From Methanoregula sp. (lineage in GTDB: Archaea; Halobacteriota; Methanomicrobia; Methanomicrobiales; Methanospirillaceae): a stretch of 29,310 bases of DNA. The translations under genes were made by a program, and so were the position numbers. The notes below the pieces were generated by a model. That model was not told the DNA's origin, did no database searches, and saw only the letters and a program-made list of their open reading frames with translations. The DNA lies in contig JBDKTL010000018.1 of the NCBI GenBank assembly GCA_039698055.1, positions 1-29,310 on the forward strand. The letters run 5' to 3'. Positions 9,350 through 17,475 of this stretch are shown in pieces (positions within the stretch are counted from its first letter, which is position 1; every line of letters begins with the position of its first letter).

Positions 9350-10987
9350 TCAATCGGCTTGTTTCTGCAAGATTTCCTGGTAGATTGTCTCCTGTAATGC
9401 CAGGAACCGGGAAAACACTTCCATCTGGTGTGCCGGAAGACTGGCAGTACTGTGCAGGACTTCATCCTGGAAATCCGTGTCATCGATGATCCTCAGGTCC
9501 GCCAGCAGCTGTGCAATGCCCCGCTGTTCGGGTTCTGAACTTTGTTCCATGGAGAGCATACCAATCTCCAGTATTTTTCGTTCGAATATGCTTTTCTCCA
9601 CCGATCCTTTTTCTATCGTATCTTTTTTGGCGGTACAGACAAGACCGGACAATTCCAAAAATGTCGATGTGGAAGGGAGAACCGGAAGGGCTCTCTGCCA
9701 CAGGTCGAATACTTTGTCGGCAATGTAATACAGGGGAAATATGATGTCCTGCTTAAGACTGTATTCCCCAATCGATTTGAGATATACCAGTGAATCATCC
9801 ACAATGCCGGGCTGCCCGGTAGTTATTCCAAGACCGATAAATTCGGTTAAGGAATCTATCGAGTGTTCCAGGATCATCGAATATACCGAATGGCTGTCAA
9901 GCGGAGTGATTTCATCGATGGCATGCTTTGCAATCGTATCCTGGCAGAACATGATCCTTCGCGGGGTTTCCTGGAATTTTTTCTCAATGGAAATTTGCCC
10001 GATGGACCGGATCAACGCCCGCACCCGGTTAAGAGAACCCGGGAAATGTCTTTCAGCAACAAATTTCTCAACTTCACTGATGACCGTGATGATCTGCAGG
10101 GTCGGATTATCCAGCCCGTTCGTGGCGCAATGGATCCCGAGGTTTTCAAACTGGTCGAGGATGATGCCAAGCATCACTTCATCGTGCAGGTAAATTGCCT
10201 GGCGGGCAGACCGTTCAAGATGAGCACAGTACACCGCAACCATATCACTGTTTTCATTCGGGGCATTTTGTACCGATACCTGATCGCTCACCCGGGTAGT
10301 TACCAGGTCAAGACCATAGCGGATCGTGGAGATATCGTACTTCATGACAGAATTGTGCGTGACATCGAAGACAAGGTTCAGGATATCATTTTTCTTCTGC
10401 TGGAGAATCGCATCTTTGTTCAGGTGAAGAGACACTCTTTTGATAAACGTCTCCGGATTCATCGAATCAAAGATATAAAAAATATAGGGGATCAGTGCAA
10501 TGCCAAGAAAAATGGTCAGCCAGTATGCACCGGCGATAAATACCTCCATCGTATGGGGGACAAACCCGTCAATCCCGCTCACCAGCTGGAGAAGGATTGC
10601 GCTATACGCGATCGAGATGAGATAGATCCCAAGGAGCAGGTACATGTGAGGACTGTTGACAAAAATGTTTGCCACTCGTGGAGTGTAGGAAGATGCCGCC
10701 AGCTGGACTGCGACCAGCGTTAACGTGATAACAAGAGCGATGATGGTTGCTTCACTCTGGATGAGCGCACTGATCAGGAACCTTGCCCCGTCTATTGTTG
10801 TATGATTCGGGTTAAGGTACGTTGCAAAAACAAATGCGCAGATAAATGCTGCAATGATAAAAGAACCGTAATACGATGTCCAGAACACCCAGCGATGGTC
10901 TGAGATAAATTCCCCAAACAGGTCATCCATCGAGGGTAATTTTCTTTCGGGCGATCTCAAAACGATCTTCTCCTGCATGGGAACCAA
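9350..10987 (-). CDS. DUF2254-like membrane protein with a large helical C-terminal domain (start may be 10978)
   Basis: ARFLISALIQSEATIIALVITLTLVAVQLAASSYTPRVANIF plus further TM helices, then NPETFIK and a helical-repeat region. Confidence 0.75.
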   Translation of the reverse strand: MVPMQEKIVLRSPERKLPSMDDLFGEFISDHRWVFWTSYYGSFIIAAFICAFVFATYLNPNHTTIDGARFLISALIQSEATIIALVITLTLVAVQLAASSYTPRVANIFVNSPHMYLLLGIYLISIAYSAILLQLVSGIDGFVPHTMEVFIAGAYWLTIFLGIALIPYIFYIFDSMNPETFIKRVSLHLNKDAILQQKKNDILNLVFDVTHNSVMKYDISTIRYGLDLVTTRVSDQVSVQNAPNENSDMVAVYCAHLERSARQAIYLHDEVMLGIILDQFENLGIHCATNGLDNPTLQIITVISEVEKFVAERHFPGSLNRVRALIRSIGQISIEKKFQETPRRIMFCQDTIAKHAIDEITPLDSHSVYSMILEHSIDSLTEFIGLGITTGQPGIVDDSLVYLKSIGEYSLKQDIIFPLYYIADKVFDLWQRALPVLPSTSTFLELSGLVCTAKKDTIEKGSVEKSIFERKILEIGMLSMEQSSEPEQRGIAQLLADLRIIDDTDFQDEVLHSTASLPAHQMEVFSRFLALQETIYQEILQKQAD

Positions 10988-11465
10988 CCTTTCTGCTACC
11001 GTACAATTGCTGATATAATAAAATCGCGGGTATTTTGCAAATTTTTACTTTTGAAAAAAAACCTTGATCCCGATAAATTGTGTAACCCTGTCAGGGTCGG
11101 CGGGAATATCGTACAGGAGATTTTTATTTTTCCTGGATCGGGAATAACCGTGAGTTTTCAGGCCGGCCCGATTCAACTGCATCCCGGGCAATGACCTTGC
11201 GGATTTTGCATTACCCCCGTAAACCTTTATAGATGAACAGTGAATGCAGATCTTAAAAAAAAAGAAATGGAGCCCCAAGCGGGACAGCAGAAGCCTGCGG
11301 AGAGGTTTATTACCGCGGGAAACGCTAAAAAGCATCCAGACTTTTTGGGTCTTCAGGTACCTGGCAGTCATGTCATGCAGGCTGTCCAGGTATCGTCAGC
11401 GTGGAGAATTTTGTGACACGAAAGAAAATACTATTCGAGAATAAAATCAGGACAGGGAGGTACAG

Positions 11466-11648
11466 ATGACGAACGTAAACCGGATAGAGATCGTGACAAT
11501 TATCGAGGGCATTTTAATCGTATTATTCGGTGCCGGGATCTATTTTGCATTGCCGATGGTTATCACGGGATTGCTGGGGGCTGTATTCATCATCGTGGGC
11601 ATATATGTTGTTATTAACGGGTTTTTTAAAAAGTTCAGAAATCCCTAA
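11466..11648 (+). CDS. Small membrane protein (60 aa, 2 TM)
   Basis: Strong RBS GGGAGG upstream, two hydrophobic helices and a basic C-terminus. Confidence 0.7.
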   Translation: MTNVNRIEIVTIIEGILIVLFGAGIYFALPMVITGLLGAVFIIVGIYVVINGFFKKFRNP

Positions 11649-11859
11649 AAACGATCCGGTAATTTTTTTTGGTAATTGTCCGGGCAGACCAGGCCTTATC
11701 GCATCAAATCCCGGGAAATACGGAGCAGGCACAGACAGCCCCGCATGGAGATCCCAATATCAGATCCGATTGATCCGAGGCATTGTCATCGCAAGCGCTA
11801 TCAGTGAGAACGATCACCACATTACTAAGAAACGTAATTCATCGGGAACGGATCATCTC

Positions 11860-12171
11860 ATGCACCGCATCATCGAACAGAACCTAAACGACATTATCAG
11901 GATATGCACTCACCGCAGGGTCCGTCGTCTCGCAGCATTCGGTTCTGCAACTGATGACCGGTTTGATCCCGACAGAAGCGATCTTGATCTGCTCGTAGAG
12001 TTTGAGGATATGCAACCCGCGGAGCATGCAGATCAGTACTTCGGGCTTACCGAGGATCTCGAACAGCTGCTCAACCGGCCAGTTGATCTTGTCGAGCCGG
12101 GAGGAGTCCGTAATCCGTATTTCCGAAAGTCCTTTGAAGAAACGCAGGTTGAAATTTATGCAGCCGCATGA
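11860..12171 (+). CDS. Minimal nucleotidyltransferase (MNT/MntA-type antitoxin)
   Basis: ATG at 11860; RRLAAFGSATDDRFDPDRSDLDLLVEF (GS...DxD) and RPVDLV...RNPYF. Confidence 0.9.
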   Translation: MHRIIEQNLNDIIRICTHRRVRRLAAFGSATDDRFDPDRSDLDLLVEFEDMQPAEHADQYFGLTEDLEQLLNRPVDLVEPGGVRNPYFRKSFEETQVEIYAAA

Positions 12172-12502
12172 AATAAAAAAATATTTTTTCGATATCGCGG
12201 AAGCATGCGATCTGATTGCGCAGTTTACCTCCGGTAAAACTCTGGCTGATTACCAGAACGATCCATTACTTCGATCGGGTGTCGAGCGCCAGTTTGAAAT
12301 CATGGGCGAGGCGCTCAACCAGGCAATACAATACGACCCCTCTGTTGCAGAATTGATCAGCAATTCATCGCGGATTAGTTCTTTCCGTAACCGGCTGATT
12401 CACGGGTACGCAACAATTTCAGACAGCGTTGTATGGGGTGTATTGGAAACCAACCTGCCCGTGCTCAGCCGTGAAGTAAAGGAACTGCTGGACAGCGACT
12501 GA
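12158..12502 (+). CDS. HEPN (DUF86/HepT-like) RNase toxin
   Basis: Overlaps the MNT 3' end; VERQFEIMGEA and the R-x4-H-x-Y motif RNRLIHGY. Confidence 0.9.
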   Translation: MQPHEIKKYFFDIAEACDLIAQFTSGKTLADYQNDPLLRSGVERQFEIMGEALNQAIQYDPSVAELISNSSRISSFRNRLIHGYATISDSVVWGVLETNLPVLSREVKELLDSD

Positions 12503-12631
12503 TTCATAATTATAATCGTTACACTTTTAAAAGCGTCGATACGGGTATGAACCTTTATAGCTCGTCTTTGTACTTACCAGTCAAATCCCCCATCTACTTA
12601 CTATTCCCTACAATCACCCCATCCCCAACCC

Positions 12632-12665
12632 GATCCTCCCCCCAATAACATCTATTAGCGTCCAT
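12632..12665. repeat. Dispersed intergenic repeat segment similar to 29271-29304
   Basis: GATCCTCCCCCCAATAACATCTATTAGCGTCCAT versus GATCCGCCCACCAAAAGCCGCTATTAGCGTACAT (27/34). Confidence 0.5.
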
Positions 12666-12951
12666 CATCAGAGCCCAAAAACCTCCGAATCCAGCCAATC
12701 GGGGCACAATTGCCCCGAATTTCAAAAACAAAGCTCAATCCGGCCCCCCGTTTTTCCCCTGACCGTGCCAACCCTCTAACCCTCCCTCGCTTCGCAGGAA
12801 CAAGTGAGGCCTCTGTATCGAGCCCTCACATTTCCCCAAGAGCAGCTGAAATTCCCGGTCCGCAACAAAACGATACCCATATTGGGAATAATATACAAAT
12901 GGCAGTTTGGATCGGATCTTTTTCCTTGTGTTCCGGCCCGTGGTGAACCTG

Positions 12952-14628
12952 ATGAAATCGTGTGTTACTCTCGTTCCTGCCGTTTTGTTGATCCTGCTGA
13001 TAATCGCCGTTCCGGTATCCGGAGCGGTGGTCTGCACCTCCCCCGCCAGATGCCTCACCCCGCAGCAGGCGGCAGAGCAGTTCGGCGCCGGAAATTATGT
13101 CCTTACATCCCGCGATGTGTGCGGTTACCTCACCGATCCCACCGGTGCCCGTACCGCCCAGTACTGCTATGCCCCGGTGGCAACCGTGGTCACGACTACC
13201 GTCCCTTTGAGGATAGTGCCAAGGACAACGCAGACGACCGCAGGCTCCGGCCTGATCGCACCGGCCGTTACGACAACGGAGCCGACAAACGTCACAACAA
13301 CGGTTCCTGTACTTACCACGCTCACTACACTGCCTGCCCGAACGATCGCTACAGTAACACAAACTCCCGCCCAGCCGGTGAAGACAACGGCACCGGGTGT
13401 TGTCCCGGCAGCAGTCCCGGCAGGAGTGACTCCTTTGGCGAGTAACGGGACAAACAGTTCTGCACAGGGACCTGCTGGTCCGGGGCAGGCACAGCCAGAC
13501 CAGGGAGGACTCCCCGGTGTTTACCTGGTTGTCGGGGGTCTGCTTGGCCTTGGTATCATCGGAGGACTCGCATACCATGGACTCACAAAAAAACCCGGAG
13601 AACTCAAGGGCAAGGCCGGGTTTATCGATCCCGCCAGTGGAGGAGACATAGATCCTGCCGGTAAAGAATTTGGCGATGGCGACGGAGATTTCTCAGGACC
13701 GGGTGGCAATGGAATGGGACATGGGGGTGGATTCTCGGGACCGGGAGGTAAAGGTCTGGGAGATGGCGGGGACTTCTCGGGACCGGGGGGGAGTGGCATA
13801 GGACACGGTGGTGGATTCTCGGGACCGGGAGGTGTCGGACCCGGAGATGGCGGAGATTTCTCCGGACCGGGGGGCAGTGGCATAGGACACGGTGGTGGAT
13901 TCTCTGGACCAGGAGGTATTGGACCCGGAGATGGCGGAGGTTTCACCACGCCGGGTGGTAGTGGGCCTGATGACGGAACCGGTTTCTCCGGGCCGGGGGG
14001 TATCGGACCCGGGGATGGCGGTGGATTTGGCGGCCTTGGCGGGTCGCTGTCCGGTCTCACGCTTCCCGAGGCGCGTGACGCCCTGATCAATCTCTGGATG
14101 ACCAACGGGTCATTCAGTCAGGGCATGGGTACCGATCCCATCGGAACCTTAGAAAATCTCGGTCTCAAATTTGGTGATGAAGAAAAAGGCATCATAAAAA
14201 AGATCAACTGGAGCGGGTTAAACCAGAAAAAAATGGAAGATGGGGGAGACGACGGGGGAGGAGATGATGGCGGTGGAGAAGGAGGAGACGATGGCGGTGG
14301 AGATGGAGGAGATGATGGCGGCGGGGATGATGGCGGCGATGGTGGGGACGGCGGAGACGATGGGGGAGGAGACGACGGAGGAGATAGTGGAGACGGGGGT
14401 AATGGAGGCGATGACGGTGGGGGAGATAACGGTGGAGGAGACGGAGGAGAGGGTGGAGATGGCGGTAACGGGGGTGACGGTGGAGAAGGAGGCGATGTTG
14501 GCGGCGGCGGAGGTGGAGAAATCGGGGGCGGCGGCGGAGTTAAGGATGTCAACCCGGCAGGAGCGGATCAAAAACTCATAGAAAAGCTGCTCGATATGCA
14601 AAAAGGTAGCGGGGGAAATAGTATCTGA
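12952..14628 (+). CDS. Single-pass membrane protein: signal peptide, 4-Cys ectodomain, Thr/Pro stalk, TM helix, Gly-rich repeats, NHLP/Nif11-leader-like module, Gly/Asp tail (558 aa)
   Basis: RBS GGTGA then MKSCVTLVPAVLLILLIIAVPVSG; CTSPARC...VCGY...QYCY; T/P-rich linker; TM VYLVVGGLLGLGIIGGLAY followed by KK; PEARDALINLWMTNGSFSQGMGTDPIGTLENLGLKFGDEEKGIIKKINWS. Confidence 0.75.
   Translation: MKSCVTLVPAVLLILLIIAVPVSGAVVCTSPARCLTPQQAAEQFGAGNYVLTSRDVCGYLTDPTGARTAQYCYAPVATVVTTTVPLRIVPRTTQTTAGSGLIAPAVTTTEPTNVTTTVPVLTTLTTLPARTIATVTQTPAQPVKTTAPGVVPAAVPAGVTPLASNGTNSSAQGPAGPGQAQPDQGGLPGVYLVVGGLLGLGIIGGLAYHGLTKKPGELKGKAGFIDPASGGDIDPAGKEFGDGDGDFSGPGGNGMGHGGGFSGPGGKGLGDGGDFSGPGGSGIGHGGGFSGPGGVGPGDGGDFSGPGGSGIGHGGGFSGPGGIGPGDGGGFTTPGGSGPDDGTGFSGPGGIGPGDGGGFGGLGGSLSGLTLPEARDALINLWMTNGSFSQGMGTDPIGTLENLGLKFGDEEKGIIKKINWSGLNQKKMEDGGDDGGGDDGGGEGGDDGGGDGGDDGGGDDGGDGGDGGDDGGGDDGGDSGDGGNGGDDGGGDNGGGDGGEGGDGGNGGDGGEGGDVGGGGGGEIGGGGGVKDVNPAGADQKLIEKLLDMQKGSGGNSI
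13690..14025 (+). repeat. Coding tandem repeat: 8 x 42 bp (FSGPGGxGxG[H/D]GG[G/D])
   Basis: Units FSGPGGNGMGHGGG, FSGPGGKGLGDGGD, FSGPGGSGIGHGGG, FSGPGGVGPGDGGD, FSGPGGSGIGHGGG, FSGPGGIGPGDGGG, FTTPGGSGPDDGTG, FSGPGGIGPGDGGG. H and D alternate in the first six units, giving an 84-bp higher-order period. Confidence 0.95.
14236..14538 (+). repeat. Low-complexity Gly/Asp(Glu) coding tract (GGD/GGGDD repeats, ~100 aa)
   Basis: EDGGDDGGGDDGGGEGGDDGGGDGGDD...GGGGG with varied codons. Confidence 0.9.
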
Positions 14629-14633
14629 TAGTG

Positions 14634-15617
14634 TCAGTCATGGTTTGTGGAAAAGAACGAATGTCTCGTGATCAGTGATCGCAATTCACCAGCGGAAGGA
14701 CGGGCAGAGCCCAGCATATCGAGGTGCATAAGGGCCTCCCCGCAATACATTTCCGTGATGCATGCCATTTTTTGCAGGACACCCCCCTCAATCAGGCGCC
14801 CGCGAACGACTTCCTGCATACGACGGTCGGTTCGTGCCAGCGCCAGGATCTTCAATACGTCCTCCCGCCCTGCTTCATCGAGGGAATCCAGGTAAAGAGC
14901 GACGGGCAGGGTGCGGGTGCCCTTTGCCAGGTCCCTGCTCCAGGGAGCCACAAATATATCAATAGCATCGGAAACAAGTTGCATCGCGGTTCCAAAAGAT
15001 TTCCCAAGAGCTGCACAGCGATCCACTGATTCATCCGGCGCATCGGCATACAGGGCGGCAAGTCGTGCAAACGTCGCAAGTTCTTCACCGGTTTTCAACA
15101 TCACGGACTCCTCGACCGTTTTTGGCGACACGGTTGCCGCTCCGGTGTAAAACAGGTCAGTGTGCTGGCCGGATGCCATCGCGAAAAAACCATTCGCAAG
15201 TACAGCCTGCATCTTCGATTTTGTGATCTCTTTTGTCTTCAGGTCCCCGACTGCACGCAGGGGAAGACTGAAAAACAGGGTCGCCGCAGCAAGACTGACT
15301 TCCTCATCCCCTGCACCTTCCCATACCTCCTGTGGCAGGTCCCCGTCAGCGACATCATCGAAGAGATCGATTCCCATGAAAAAAAGCGTAGTCACTCCCG
15401 TCATGGGGACAGCAGGCCGGATATCATCGCAAAAAAGACCATACACGAGACGCGGGAAGTGAATGAACAGGGGAAAATCCGGGTCTTTGGCCCGTGCCCC
15501 GGTAAAGGCTCTCTTTAAGAGTTCCCGTTGGCGTCCCGAGGTCGCATGGCTCATCGCAGACGTTTCTGCCCAGACAAAGGCTTCCTCACGGTATTCCGGT
15601 AATAAGACTGAGCTCAT
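14634..15617 (-). CDS. Polyprenyl-synthetase-fold protein, ComQ-like putative peptide (Trp) prenyltransferase (alternative GTG start 15638)
   Basis: FARM DLFDDVADGD, GQHTDL, KTG, degenerate second motif QLVSDAIDI, SRDL-x2-G-x-RTLP. It lacks the N-terminal GKRxR and the post-FARM RRG used by chain-elongating IPP synthases. Confidence 0.75.
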   Translation of the reverse strand: MSSVLLPEYREEAFVWAETSAMSHATSGRQRELLKRAFTGARAKDPDFPLFIHFPRLVYGLFCDDIRPAVPMTGVTTLFFMGIDLFDDVADGDLPQEVWEGAGDEEVSLAAATLFFSLPLRAVGDLKTKEITKSKMQAVLANGFFAMASGQHTDLFYTGAATVSPKTVEESVMLKTGEELATFARLAALYADAPDESVDRCAALGKSFGTAMQLVSDAIDIFVAPWSRDLAKGTRTLPVALYLDSLDEAGREDVLKILALARTDRRMQEVVRGRLIEGGVLQKMACITEMYCGEALMHLDMLGSARPSAGELRSLITRHSFFSTNHD

Positions 15618-16013
15618 CTTCCCATGCCCGGTATACACAACCGGAGATGGTTCACCTCATTTTTGTAGTTACCATTCATTTCAGGGACTAAAACATTAAT
15701 TATTTGGATTTTGGTTTTTTCGTATCCCGGATTTTTTTTTAATATTGGGCCCGGGAAAAGAAGAGCGGGTTGAAACGACACAGGTTTGTGAGATGTACTG
15801 ACCCTGAGGTAAATGTTTTCATCCGGTTTTAAAAAACGACCGGCGGTACAGGAAAATAATGAGGATTCACAACAGGGATTACATCATGACCCGGATTCCG
15901 GTAACGACCGTGCCTTTCGACGATGTGATGATAAGGTACAGGGAATGTGGTTGCGGGTCCACGGTGTTTTTTCATCTTTACCCCAAGCATTTTGGGGAGT
16001 AGTAAAAAAAAGT

Positions 16014-16259
16014 CTAGCGCCGGACGCAGAAATACCCGCCACGGAGATGGTGCCTGGTGAAGAGCTCGCAGGCCGGGCAGAAGCAGCCGATGATTTTCAT
16101 GGATGTAGCCGAGGATGTTCCGCAGCCGCAGAAAAGTTCTTTTGGCTCGTGTTTTTCAAGGGAATGATGCTTGTAGTTCTGGCAGTTCAGACAGTACTTC
16201 CGGCAGATCTGCCGGTTCTCTTCGGTGTTCTCTACAACAGGCTTGTCAGAATTAATCAT
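16014..16259 (-). CDS. DUF2769-like Cys-rich small protein (81 aa)
   Basis: VENTEENRQIC...CLNCQNY...LFCGCGTS...GCFCPAC...GGYFC, the pattern of methanogen DUF2769 proteins. Confidence 0.8.
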   Translation of the reverse strand: MINSDKPVVENTEENRQICRKYCLNCQNYKHHSLEKHEPKELFCGCGTSSATSMKIIGCFCPACELFTRHHLRGGYFCVRR

Positions 16260-16562
16260 GCTTTCATCAGGTTTGCGATGATGGATAATAGGTTTTTTTA
16301 CTTGGGTTTTTTTTAAGTGTGCCAAAAACCGACCGGGCCACTCGTTATCTTCCTGCTGGTCCACCACCCGGCCCGGATTCCCGCTCCGCACTCATTCCCC
16401 GAGCCCTGGCCCAACGAACCCAGCCCACGACTGTACCTCTATGCGGGAACCGGCCAGCCATTTGACTCCAGTAAGGAGGGATGGGACTCTGCCCGGGCAC
16501 CTCCCAAAAAGCTGCCCGAAAGAGGATTTTAATCTCAAAGGGGGGAGAATTATCCCCAATCT

Positions 16563-16901
16563 TCAGTCTGCATCATCAAGAATAATATGCAGTCCATCAA
16601 TGACAAGAGGGATTTTCTTGATAATGGTCTCCCACAGGAGCTCATAATCCACACCGATATACCCATGGATCACTTTGTCCCGCAGGCCAGCAATGCTCCG
16701 CCAGGGAATATCCGGATACTCTGCACGTACCTGTTCCGGTAAAAGTTTTGTGGCCTCGCCCATAACCGCAAACTTGTACAGCACCGCGGAACGTGTCTTA
16801 TCATCAGCAACGAAAACTTCCCGGGACATCCCTTGGGTAAATTCCCGGATATCTTTTGCAGCCAGTAAGATATCCTGCAGGAGCAGGAGATACTCCCTCA
16901 T
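16563..16901 (-). CDS. HEPN (DUF86/HepT-like) RNase toxin
   Basis: AVLYKFAVMGEATK, YPDIPWRSIAGLRDKVIHGY; ATGA overlap with the upstream MNT. Confidence 0.92.
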   Translation of the reverse strand: MREYLLLLQDILLAAKDIREFTQGMSREVFVADDKTRSAVLYKFAVMGEATKLLPEQVRAEYPDIPWRSIAGLRDKVIHGYIGVDYELLWETIIKKIPLVIDGLHIILDDAD

Positions 16902-17197
16902 GCGTACACAACATCCCGATAAATTCCGTCACGGATTTCGGGCCGGAGCGCCCGTGGGGTCGCAAGATCGACGTGTCTTCCAATTTTTTCTTCAAGATAC
17001 TGCGAAAGATCAATGAGATCGAGGAGATCTGCACCTTCATTAAAATCGACAAGGATGTCCACATCGCTGTCATCCCGTGCATCTTTGCGGGCAAACGAGC
17101 CGAACACTCCAATCCGGCGGACTTTATACCGTGCGGTAAGATCACTTTGCAAGGACCTGAGCAAATCGAGAATCTCATCACGGGTTGTCATTATCAT
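16898..17197 (-). CDS. Minimal nucleotidyltransferase (MNT/MntA-type antitoxin)
   Basis: RRIGVFGSFARKDARDDSDVDILVDF and LEEKIGRHVDL. Confidence 0.92.
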   Translation of the reverse strand: MIMTTRDEILDLLRSLQSDLTARYKVRRIGVFGSFARKDARDDSDVDILVDFNEGADLLDLIDLSQYLEEKIGRHVDLATPRALRPEIRDGIYRDVVYA

Positions 17198-17475
17198 TAT
17201 CCTGTTCCTATCTGGTGTGCCTCACAATAATCATTTCCCTTAATAGGAAAGCATCTTTTTTCCTCTCACTCACTCTCAAAAAAACACCTGCATGTGCACG
17301 TCCGCAAGCCGGGTCCCGGCACTCCGTCCATAGTTGCAGGGTTACCAACCACCAGAGCGGACAAGCCTTCCCGTAGTGCCCGCCCGGGAGAATGATCTTT
17401 TAAGCCGGTCTCCGCTGCCGGTCACGGTGGCCTGCGGTTGTACGACCCGGCAGGGAAAAAAGGAGGGCGGTTTTT

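Noticed and set aside
11045-11444. Short ORFs between the DUF2254 gene and the small membrane gene
   Set aside because: No RBS, motifs or coding-like composition, so treated as intergenic.
11530-11859. 110-aa N-terminal extension of the MNT ORF
   Set aside because: It overlaps the small membrane gene and looks non-coding. ATG 11860 gives a normal-sized MNT.
13690-14025. Regular 42-bp periodicity as a possible CRISPR array
   Set aside because: No unique spacers. Variation is mostly synonymous and the repeat is in frame inside a CDS.
13521-14601. Pro/Ser-rich minus-strand ORFs (13521-14105, 14118-14552, 14218-14601)
   Set aside because: Antisense shadows of the Gly-rich coding repeats. The plus-strand ORF has the RBS, signal peptide and TM helix.
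14634-15617. Calling the prenyl-synthase-fold gene idsA / GGPP synthase for archaeal lipids
   Set aside because: It lacks GKRxR, RRG and a canonical second DDxxD motif.
15859-16002. 47-aa plus-strand ORF MRIHNRDYIMTRIPVTTVPFDDVMIRYRECGCGSTVFFHLYPKHFGE, divergent from the prenyltransferase, as a possible ComX-like precursor
   Set aside because: No Trp, no leader-like pattern and no recognisable family. It cannot be supported as coding from sequence alone.
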